From the NCBI GenBank assembly GCA_950097015.1, contig CATNEN010000029.1, forward strand, positions 7,440,001 to 7,504,000: 64,000 nt of DNA, written 5' to 3'. Origin of the DNA: Macrostomum hystrix. Lineage: Eukaryota; Animalia; Platyhelminthes. Numbering within the stretch: the stretch's first letter is position 1; each line of letters begins with the position of its first letter. Made by a program: the position numbers and the translations under genes. Under the pieces are notes generated by a model. The model made no database searches. It had not been told where the DNA came from and saw only the letters and a list, made by a program, of their open reading frames with translations. This document shows positions 11,601 through 21,624 of this stretch, one piece after another.

Positions 11601-14600
11601 CATGGGATCTCACATCATGGGATCTCACACTATGGGTTCTTATATCATGGGATCTTACATCATGGGATCTTACATCATGGGATCTTACATCATGGGATCT
11701 CACATCATGGGATCTCACACTATGGGTTCTTATATCATGGGATCTTACATCATGGGATCTCACATCATGGGATCTCACACTATGGGTTCTTATATCATGG
11801 GATCTTACATCACAGGATCTTACATCATGGGATCTTACATCATGGGATCTTACATCATGTGATCTCACATCATGGGATCTCACATCATGGGATCTCACAC
11901 TATGGGATCTCACATCATGGGATCTCACATCATGGGATCTCACACTATGGGATCTCACATCATGGGATCTCACATCATGGGATCTCACACTATGGGATCT
12001 TACATCATGGGATCTTACATCATGGGGTCTCACACTATGGGATCTTACATCATGGGATCTTAAATCATGGGATCTCACACTATGGGATCTTACATCATGG
12101 GATCTCACACTATGGGATCTTACATCATGGGATCTTACATCATGGGATCTCACACTATGGGATCTTGCATCATGGGATCTTACATCATGGGATCTCAAAT
12201 CATGGGATCTCACACTATGGGATCTCACATCATTGGATATCGATTGAGCATGGTTCATAAGTTCAAATCAGCAAGCTGCAAGGCGGTTGTAGCCTAGTGG
12301 TTATAGCGTCGGACTTAAGACTTGAAGGTCGGGGGTTCGATTTCCGACTCCATTGGAACAATCTGTGTCGTTTAGAAGTAAGATGCTTAACTCTGCATTG
12401 CTTCAGTTCACCCAGCTGTTAAATGGGTAGCAGCATTAGCTGGGATAATTGAAGGTAGGTGTGGCGTCCCCCCAGTCCATGGACTGAACAGCTGTACGCA
12501 GCCTTCAGATGCGCCGCGCAATAGCTGCGGCTGTGCTGTCGGCTGCACCTCTGGCCCGATTACGGCAGGTGTAATCAATTATTATTATTATTATTATTAC
12601 TAATCTCATAAGTTTTTTTGTACGCATTAATTCAAAGCCAGAGCGAATTTTGTTAAAGAAGAACTCGAAAATTGAATTTGCAGCTCCCGCTTGACGAGCT
12701 GCTGCCCAGCCTGCTACTTGGCTCCGAAGTTCAAGATCGGACAAGTGCCGATAGCCTACCCATTGCTGTGGGCGACATGGCCTACTTTCAACGCCTTGAC
12801 AGCCTGCTGAGAGGAATGCGCGATGAGTGAGTCCCAGTTTTCCTACGGGATGGATGAGAACACAAAAGGGGGAGATCTCAGGTGTTCTAAAGGGTGAGAT
12901 CTCTGGTGTTCTAAGGGAGAGATCTCTGGTGTTCGAAGGGAGAGATCTCTGGTGTTCTAAGGGAGAGATTTCTGGTGTTGTAAGGGAGAGATCTCTGGTG
13001 CTCTAAGGGTGAGATCTCTAGTGTTCTAAAGGAGAGATCTCTTGTGTTCTTAGGGAGAGATCTCTGGTGCTCTAAGGGTGAGATCTCTGGTGCTCTGAGG
13101 GTGAGATCTCTGGTGTTCTAAGGGAGAGATCTCTAGTGTTCTAAGGGTGAGATCTCTCGTGATCTAAGGGAGAGATCTCTGGTGTTCTAAGGGAGAGATC
13201 TCTGGTGTTCTAAAGGGTGAGATCTCTGGTGCTCTAAGGGTGAGATCTCTGGTGTTCTAAGGGTGAGATCTCTGGTGTTCTAAGGGAGAGATTTCTGGTG
13301 TTGTAAGGGAGAGATCTCTGGTGCTCTAAGGGTGAGATCTCTGGTGTTCTAAAGGAGAGATCTCTTGTGTTCTTAGGGAGAGATCTCTGGTGCTCTAAGG
13401 GTGAGATCTCTGGTGCTCTGAGGGTGAGATCTCTGGTGTTCTAAGGGAGAGATCTCTAGTGTTCTAAGGGTGAGATCTCTCGTGATCTAAGGGAGAGATC
13501 TCTGGTGTTCTAAGGGAGAGATCTCTGGTGTTCTAAAGGGTGAGATCTCTGGTGCTCTAAGGGTGAGATCTCTGGTGTTCTAAGGGTGAGATCTCTGGTG
13601 TTCTAAGGGAGAGATTTCTGGTGTTGTAAGGGAGAGATCTCTGGTGCTCTAAGGGTGAGATCTCTGGTTTTCTAAAGGAGAGATCTCTTGTGTTCTTAGG
13701 GAGAGATCTCTGGTGCTCTAAGGGTGAGATCTCTGGTGCTCTGAGGGTGAGATCTCTGGTGTTCTAAGGGAGAGATCTCTAGTGTTCTAAGGGTGAGATC
13801 TCTGGTGTTCTAAGGGAGAGATCTCTGGTGTTCTAAGGGAGAGATCTCTGGTGTTCTAAGGGAGAGATCTCTGGTGTTCTAAGGGAGAGATCTCTGGTGC
13901 TCTAAGGGTGAGATCTCTGGTGTTCTAAGGGAGAGATCATTTTTCATGATCAATATTTAGATGTTTATCAGTTTTAATAAAAGTATTTTGAACTAGTTGC
14001 TCCAGAAACAGTCGCGTGGCGTTAGCCCGCTAACAAAGTTTTTTCCGCTGAAAGCAGAGTTGGAATCGCGCAGGGTTCAGGGTCTCAACTGCCTTTATGA
14101 TAACAAATAGGAATCGATTATTGCTAAACAATTGCCTATTGTTATGTCTAATTGTCTAGAAAAATGTCGATACTAGTACCAAGTTTACAAATTTAGTTGC
14201 TAAGACAAATACTCGAAATAACAATAACATTTTAAATGATGAATTTCCTTTCATCCCTCGATAGATCAGCAAATCATGCATTCAAAACTATTTTGAGAAC
14301 AGACAAATATCTCAGTTTTTCCAAGTAGTATAGTGTATTTAAACAAATAGATATTATTTTACCCTCTTTGAGTTTCATGAGGAGTTTTGAGCTAGTGTGA
14401 GATCTTGAGCTATTGAGCTATTGTGAGATCTTGAGCTAGTGTGAGATCTTGAGCTAGTGTGAGATCTTGAGCAAGTGCGAGATCTTGAGCTAGTGTGAGA
14501 TCTTGAGCTAGTGCGAGATCTTGAGCTAGTGTGAGATCTTGAGCTAGTGTGAGATCTTGAGCTAGTGTGAGATCTTGAGCTAGTGTGAGATCTTGAGCTA

Positions 14601-17600
14601 GTGTGAGATCTTGAGCTAGTGTGAGATCTTGAGCTAGTGTGAGATCTTGAGCTATTGTGAAGTCTGAGCTATTGTGAAGTCTGAGCTATTGTGAAGTCTG
14701 AGCTATTGTGAAGTCTGAGCTAGTGTGAAGTCTGAGCTAGTGTGAGATCTTGAGCACAGGAGTTTTTAACCGACATCTTCTCTCCGTCTCTCTTTCTCAT
14801 AAAAGCGACCTGAAGAAATTTCTGGAGTTTAGCGCAGTCTACAAGTACGCGTCACACCTGTCCGCCAAGGCGCGCCGGCTAACGCTGAACTTTCGCTCCA
14901 GATTGGAAGCCAATCGTCACGGGCCCTACTGGGCGGCGGCTTGCGTTCGACCGTTGCTGCCGTCGCCGGGACTCGGCGCAATGTTCCTCGACGACCTTCG
15001 GCGTACCGGACTCAGCCTGCTGCCGGTTCGGAGGCGGGGCGAGGCAGCGGGAGAAGCTTGGGAAAATTTGTTATTTTTTTATTAGTTCCATTGTGGCGAA
15101 CTTATATAACTGATAATAATTTCAGGAGGGCTACGGGCCATGGCACATCAATTGGTGACACTAGACTTGCAGCCAGCGAGGAGACAATTTTGCCCATTTC
15201 AATGACTCCTGAGCACACAAGCACACAGATCTGTACATCTGCCCTGACTTTCTCATCGCTAGGCAGTGTACACTTTCACTGTGCCTTGGGGGTTGGCCCT
15301 CAAGGGCGTAAATTGCACGACAAGCCCCCAAGCCTTCTCTCTGCGGCTGCGCCCCAATTTAATGTGGCCTCGCGGCGGAATCGAGCTCAGGGATCTTGGT
15401 GCGAGAGACAAACGCGTTAAACCGCTCATGGTTACATTTTCGCTCCTTGCAGATTCAGCACGTGGTGGCGCCGCTGCTGAGGTCGGCTTTCATAGACTTA
15501 CTGGACTCAGCAATCGGAGTTGATCCGTTTGTCAGGGCGGCGGCTGCTGAAAAAGTGCGATGAAAGTTTTCCTTAACATTATTAAAGCCGATGGCGATGC
15601 CTAAACCATCTCTGATTAGCAACGTTGGATGAAGCCAACCTCGATCGATCTCATGCTCAGATATTTTCTTCCTTGTTCCTAATTGTTCTACCCATCCACC
15701 CACCTCACCTTCCCACGGCCTTGTCCTTTCTTTATTTCCTTTCCACCTATTCACACACGTTAAAGGGCAACTTCCTTACCCTTCGCTTAAAATTCAGCCA
15801 ACCAATCAGTGTCTACCAATCCTTCATTCATTTTCTATCTGCTACACCCATCTCACTCCTTTATACCAGCTTTAAATTTCACCCAGCCAATCAGCGCATC
15901 CCGATTCTTCCTTAACTTTCTATCTGCTACACCCATCTCACTCCTTTATACCAGCTTTAAATTTCACCCAGCCAATCAGCGCATCCCGATTCTTCCTTAA
16001 CTTTCTATCTGCTACACCCATCTCACTCCTTTATACCAGCTTTAAATTTCACCCAGCCAATCAGCGCATCCCGATTCTTCCTTAACTTTCTATCTGCTAC
16101 ACCCATCTCACTCCTTTATACCAGCTTTAAATTTCACCCAGCCAATCAGCGCATCCCGATTCTTCCTTAACTTTCTATCTGCTACACCCATCTCACTCCT
16201 TTATACCAGCTTTAAATTTCACCCAGCCAATCAGCGCATCCCGATTCTTCCTTAATTTTCTATCTACTACACCCATCTCACTCACGCTCACAGCTTTTAC
16301 TCTGCCAAACCGCCCTTTTTAACATTGTTTTACTTTAGCCTTTTGACTTTGATCGGCTAGCGAATTTAGTTGTTTTCTTATTTACTTCTAGATAAAATCG
16401 ATGCAGATTCTAATTGGTCAAGGAAGCCAGGAGCCAACTGAATACTATCTAGCCGAGTATTACAAGGATGTAAGTCAAATTGGTCACTAAATCATTGCTT
16501 TGAAAAATAGGCAGTAAATAGTTTTAATATCAAATTTCAGTGGGTCATTGGCAAGAATTATTCAGCACTGGAGGCGGCCATCAGTCTGGAGAAATTCAAG
16601 CTTTCAAAAATGTGGAAGCAAATCAATGCCAATCAGTTTCATCTGGAGTGAGTTACGCAATGAAAAGTACTTTTGATTGACTGACAGATCAATGAAATTG
16701 CAATAATGAGTTTGCAGTTTATCAGAATAGCTCTTCTCAGTAATTTTTTTCTGAATTCAAATTGCTTCGATCATTGACTGAAGCAGAAGCAGGGTCACTG
16801 AAGCGAATGGCTGTTGGCATTGAACCTTGGTGTAATATCTAGTAATTTCTGACACAACCCCAGAGTGAATGCAACAATGAGTTCCGTTACCGCATCTCTC
16901 ACTGCACTTCTCGATGCACCCAAAAGTTAAGGCCATAAGAGTTTTCAAGTCTTTCTTACTTACTGACTTTCCAATGGAGTAGTTTCAACAATGTAATTAC
17001 ATTACAGAATACCGATCCCATTATAAATGCCAAGAATCCCATAGATTCCAAGAATCACATAGATTCCAAGAATCCCATAGATTCCTAGAATCCCATAGAT
17101 TCCAAGAATCCCATAGATTCCTAGAATCCCATAGATTCCAAGAATCCCATAGATTCCAAGAATTCCATTGATTCCGAGAATCCAAAAAATCTCTGGAATG
17201 CGAATATTTGAAACTACCTGAAACTCGCAGCTATTTAAAATACATAAAAAACCTTTTTTATCCTAAGGACGAAATATTCTTAGCTATCCAAATTTTAGTG
17301 AACTATTGGATACTACATCTGTGGAGCCAGTGTACATCGCTGCGTACAACACTGTCTGTAAGTTAGTATTTGCGTTGTATTTGAGAGGTTGTAGCCTAGT
17401 GGTTAGGGCGTCGGACTCACGACTTGAAGGTCGGGGGTTCGATTCCCGACTCCACTGAAACAATTTGCGTCCTTTAGCAAGACACTGAACTCTGCATTGC
17501 TTCAGTTCACCCAGCTGTTAAATGGGTACCAGCATTAGCTGGGATAATTGAAGGTGGGTGTGGCGTCCCCCCAGTCCATGGACTGAACAGCTGTACGCAG

Positions 17601-20383
17601 CCTTCAGATGCGCCGCGCAATAGCTGCGGCTGTGCTGTCGGCTGCACATCTGGCCCTATTACGGCAGGCGTAATCAATTATTATTATCTTATTATTGTAT
17701 TTGTGTGAACCAAGCATGAAGAATTTTAGAGGCTGGCTGATTAAATTGAACTGAAAATCTGCCTTCAAATTCTGATTGGCTAATAAGATCTGAACAGTTG
17801 CTATTTTTAGAAACCTTCTGGGAAACCCCTTCTCTCCCTAACCTCAGCCAGACAATACTTAGGCCACTGTGATTGGCTGAAGGCAAGAGTCACGTGACCA
17901 AAAGTCCGATTTTACATTTGTTTCAGTCCTGCCAGCCGCCTTTTTCCAGTGGCCATTTCACATGTGGGACAACAGCATGCCCTTGTGAGTTGCAGAACTG
18001 ATTGCGCTGCGAATAATGTATCAGCCACACGGGAGTAGCCACACTGAAGCGATAATTAAACTAGCTAAAGAAATCATTTCAAATGACAAATATCGAGCCA
18101 CTCGGACCAGGGATTCCCTTTTTGTTTTTTAATTTACTTTCTACGAAATACAGGGAACTGACAGGACGGACAGAACTCGCTAACAATTTGGCTCTGACAG
18201 ACAGTGAGAGAAGCAGGATCAGGCACTCGGAGACTGAGAGACAGGCATAAACTCCCATGGGTTATGCACACGGATAGCAATTTGCATGCAAAATACACAG
18301 TTAGTGTTGCAACTGCGCGAGGCAGGGCTGCGCTTGCAAACAACAACCGCCTAACAAATCTTCAGTGCATTCTACTCGCCCCGAATTTCGCAGCTATCTG
18401 AAGTTCGGCATCGTGGGAGCCGCTCTAGCAACACAGATGGCTGGCGCACTGGACTCATTCGGTTTGAATTGCTGAGTCCGAGCACCTACCCCACTCTCCC
18501 CCACTCTCCCCCACTCTCGGCCGCACCTCCCCATTCTCGGCCACTCTCCCCCAGTCTCTTCCTCCACTCTCGGCCGCTCTTCCCCACTCTCTGCCACACT
18601 CCCCACTCTCTGCCACTCTTCCCCCATTCTCTGCCACTCTCCCCCAGTCTCTGCCACTCTCCCCCAGTCTCTGCCACTCTCCCCCAGTCTCTGCCACTCT
18701 CCCCCAGTCTCTGCCACTCTCCCCCAGTCTCTGCCACTCTCCCCCAGTCTCTGCCACTCTCCCCCAGTCTCTGCCACTCTCCCCCAGTCTCTGCCACTCT
18801 CCCCCAGTCTCTGCCACTCTCCCCCAGTCTCTGCCACTCTCCCCCAGTCTCTGCCACTCTCCCCCAGTCTCTGCCACTCTCCCCCAGTCTCTGCCACTCT
18901 CCCCCAGTCTCTGCCACTCTCCCCCAGTCTCTGCCACTCTCCCCCAGTCTCTGCCACTCTCCCCCAGTCTCTGCCACTCTCCCCCAGTCTCTGCCACTCT
19001 CCCCCAGTCTCTGCCACTCTCCCCCAGTCTCTGCCACTCTCCCCCAGTCTCTGCCACTCTCCCCCAATCTCCCGGACTCTCTGCCACTCTTCCCACTCTC
19101 CTGCACTCTCTGCCACTCTCTGCCGCTCTACCTCACTCTCCCCGACTCTCTGCCGCTCTCCTCCAATCTCCCCCACTCTCTAACACTTTCTGCCACTCTC
19201 TGCCGCTCTACCCCACTCACCCCGACTGTCTGACGCTCTCCCCCACTCCCTCCCGCTCTCCCAGACTCGTTGCCGCACTTCCAGACTTCGTTGCCGCACT
19301 TCCAGACTCGTTGCCGCTTTCTCCCGCTCTCTCGCACTCTCCTCCACTCCCTCCTATCCGTTTAAGGATCGGCTGTCTCCAGCGATGGCCAGGTACTGCA
19401 CGACAGCCGCTTAGCAACTGCCACACGATCCGCTAGGAGCTGCTACCGCAATCTGCTGACAGAACTGGTGCGTTGCTATGGCAACCAGTTATGCGGCTTC
19501 CTTTTCCCAATGGCGGATTGCCCAATCGACGAAGGAAAAATTTGTATTATTATTAGCAAACCTAAATTGTAAATTAAACAGACTGAAAACTATTTTCAGG
19601 ACGGGCAGCAGGACGCCACTCTGGGGCTGGCTGACCAGGCATTTTCCAGCAGTCTCGGCCTCTTAATTGCCGCCAAGGCCTTCCGAGCATACCAGCTGAC
19701 TGCTCCGCAGCAGATGACACTGCCTACAGTCAGCTACGATGCAGCACAGCTGCTGTACATTGCTTATGCTCAGGTGCAACGCATTTTTTTTCGATTTAAC
19801 TATGAACTGATTCACCTCTCACCTCTATCACCATCACTCATGACCCACACTCTCACTCATGACCCACACTCTCACTCATGACCCACACTCTCACTCATGA
19901 CCCACACAATCACTCATGACCCACACTCTCACTCATGACCCACACTCTCACTCATGACCCACACTCTCACTCATGACCCACACTCTCACTCATGACCCAC
20001 ACTCTCACTCATGACCCACACTCTCAATCATGACCCACACTCTCACTCATGACCCACACTCTCATGTGTCAGTCTTATTTTTTCAGTCGAACTGCGGCTC
20101 AGAAAGGGAAACATTCTTAAAGCTGAACAAGCGAAACTATCTATCTAGGCGAGAGAGGTACGTTGCTATTTGCTCTTAGCAGTCACGTGATAGACTTTTT
20201 AAGTACTTTAGTTACAACGCTTTGGAACTCAACTTTCATTATAGAGTCAACACTGCGGTACAAAGTAATCGTTGGTTTCAAGAGATCTTCAACTGCAGGT
20301 CAAAGACTAGAAACTCCTTGCCAACGACAATCAGCAAACGCAGCTTTATCGACTGCATGGAACAATTTCGAGTGACTAAATGA
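8684..20383 (+). CDS. Neprilysin/ECE-like M13-family type II membrane protein, predicted catalytically inactive; 15 exons, about 925 aa
   Basis: Exons: 8684-9755, 10928-11028, 11184-11468, 12684-12826, 14806-15025, 15453-15554, 16392-16469, 16541-16647, 17299-17357, 17927-17984, 18394-18461, 19367-19467, 19600-19773, 20087-20157, 20245-20383. All introns are GT-AG with consistent phases, and the total of 2778 nt is divisible by 3. M13 motifs: TM anchor, CLSLAC..PCADFYGFAC, FYRAC, LRSAFIDLL..AAEK, LPAAFFQWPF, LP..QLLYIAYAQ.NC and RVN..F..IFNC. The exon 1 donor and the start codon (8684 vs 8612) are the least certain. Confidence 0.85.
9795..10125. repeat. Intronic minisatellite, 18-bp unit CCCCATGACCTCCTCAGA
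   Basis: Period 18 (9801, 9819, ...). Confidence 0.95.
10568..10870 (+). mobile_element. Short copy of TTAA-flanked non-autonomous DNA transposon (piggyBac-like)
   Basis: Begins TTAA|CAGTAGAAAGAACAC. The internal sequence is homologous to both ends of the 25794-27125 element. The 3' terminus is degenerate. Confidence 0.55.
11490..12235. repeat. Intronic minisatellite, 15-bp unit CATGGGATCTTACAT
   Basis: Period 15, with variant units CACTATGGG and TTCTTATAT. Confidence 0.95.
12282..12599 (+). mobile_element. tRNA-derived SINE family A (Meta/CORE-like central domain)
   Basis: A-box TAGCCTAGTGG, B-box GGTTCGATTTCC, central TTGCTTCAGTTCACCCAGCTGTTAAATGGGTA and an (ATT)n tail. Near-identical to 17384-17694. 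The domain name is from memory and needs a Dfam check. Confidence 0.8.
12870..13938. repeat. Intronic minisatellite, 23-bp unit GAGATCTCTGGTGTTCTAAGGGA, with 323-bp higher-order period
   Basis: The variant GATTTCTGGTGTTGTAAG recurs at 12967, 13290 and 13613. Confidence 0.95.
14390..14755. repeat. Intronic minisatellite, 18-bp unit GAGCTAGTGTGAGATCTT, shifting to a 17-bp variant
   Basis: Period 18 (14523, 14541, ...). Confidence 0.95.
15108..15428 (-). mobile_element. tRNA-derived SINE family B, near full length
   Basis: The reverse complement has a tRNA-like head (GAGCGGTTTAAC...GAGCTCGATTCC), a body shared with the 3401, 23130 and 26032 copies, and an ATT-rich tail. Confidence 0.75.
15790..16285. 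repeat. Intronic tandem repeat, 85-bp unit x about 5.5, each with AGCCAATCAG
   Basis: Period 85 (15832, 15917, ...); units are near-identical. Confidence 0.95.
17030..17185. repeat. Intronic minisatellite, 18-bp unit GATTCCAAGAATCCCATA
   Basis: Period 18. Confidence 0.9.
17384..17694 (+). mobile_element. tRNA-derived SINE family A, full length with 9-bp TSD
   Basis: A/B boxes and an (ATT)n tail. TSD TTGTATTTG at 17375-17383 and 17695-17703. Confidence 0.85.
18490..19345. repeat. Intronic minisatellite, 20-bp unit CTCTGCCACTCTCCCCCAGT
   Basis: Period 20, with a perfect core at 18641-19060. Confidence 0.95.
19830..20065. repeat. Intronic minisatellite, 19-bp unit GACCCACACTCTCACTCAT
   Basis: Period 19 (19861, 19880, ...). 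Confidence 0.95.
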
Positions 20384-20499
20384 CACGGAAATCCCTGACG
20401 TGAACTATTTAGCTAGTTAAGCATTCGAATTTTTTTAGTTTTTAACAAAATCGCATTATGGATATGTCCCTTACGGGTAGGATACAATTCAGTTCTTAT

Positions 20500-20745
20500 C
20501 TTGAGCATCACGTGGCATATTGTCCCGATGCTGAAAATAGCATTGCATATTTTAGTGGTCTTCGCCGGATATCACATGACATTTGGGCTTGATGCTAAAA
20601 ATAGTATCGCATATTTCAGTGGTCTTCGTCGGATATCGCGTGACATTTGGGCTTGATGCTAAAAATAGTATCGCATATTTCAGTGGTCTTCGCCGGATAT
20701 CGCGTGATATTTTGCATTGACGCTAAAAATAGCATCGCATTTTTC
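20500..20745. repeat. Tandem repeat, 64-bp unit x about 3.5
   Basis: AGTGGTCTTCG recurs at 20554, 20618 and 20682. Confidence 0.85.
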
Positions 20746-21119
20746 AATGGTCTTTGTGAGCGTCACTTGACTAAAATGGCGAAAATGGCGAAAAATATCT
20801 AGATATAAACTAGTACCTACATTGCTTTCTGACAAGAAATACAATGTGTTTTTCCAGCTTTTACTTAGTTCTCTACTATAAGTAGACAGATGCGACAGTT
20901 GTGTATCTTTTACGTTGTCTATTTCAACTGAGCTCATATTGAAGTACTTATTAATCATATGTGAGCTTGATCGTATTGCATTACGACAGTAACATTTTCA
21001 TTTTTTTGCATTCATTCCTCGCAACTCCCAAACTTGTCTCCTTGTTGTTTTATTTAAATATATATTTGATGTTTCGTTTCTTTAGTTACACTTAAGAACT
21101 GCCAAATAAAGCTTAATGT

Positions 21120-21501
21120 TTAGCGTCAGCGCCAGCGTCAGCGCCAGCGTCAGCGCCAGCGTCAGCGCCAGCGTCAGCGCCAGCGTCAGCGCCAGCGTCA
21201 GCGCCAGCGTCAGCGCCAGCGTCAGCGCCAGCGTCAGCGCCAGCGTCAGCGCCAGCGTCAGCGCCAGCGTCAGCGCCAGCGTCAGCGCCAGCGTCAGCGC
21301 CAGCGTCAGCGCCAGCGTCAGCGCCAGCGTCAGCGCCAGCGTCAGCGCCAGCGTCAGCGCCAGCGTCAGCGCCAGCGTCAGCGCCAGCGTCAGCGCCAGC
21401 GTCAGCGCCAGCGTCAGCGCCAGCGTCAGCGCCAGCGACAGCGCCAACGTCAATCTACGTTATATTGGGGGCCCAAGGGTCTCTCCTAATAAAGTTCATT
21501 A
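21120..21501. mobile_element. TSD-flanked insertion consisting of (AGCGTCAGCGCC)n plus a short unique tail
   Basis: The 16-bp direct repeat AAATAAAGCTTAATGT occurs at 21104-21119 and 21502-21517. About 27 copies of the 12-bp unit lie inside. Confidence 0.6.
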
Positions 21502-21624
21502 AAATAAAGCTTAATGTCTATGGACAAGACTGTCAAAGTCAAGCCTAATTTAAGTTAAGATCAAACCTAGTAGACAATTTCGCACGCACATTTAAAGTTC
21601 TTAATATCATACTCGAGATCAACT

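Noticed and set aside
12282-12360. tRNA genes at 12282 and 17384
   Set aside because: A/B boxes continue into a shared body of about 240 bp and an (ATT)n tail, with a TSD at 17384. These are SINE heads without a proper acceptor stem.
18394-19233. ORFs of 200-260 aa on both strands
   Set aside because: They are products of the 20-bp intronic array, open in several frames at once.
20680-20958. 92-aa minus-strand ORF
   Set aside because: It partly overlaps the 64-bp repeat, and has no recognisable domain or splice support.
21082-21502. (LALT)n and (SASV)n ORFs
   Set aside because: They are translations of the 12-bp repeat.
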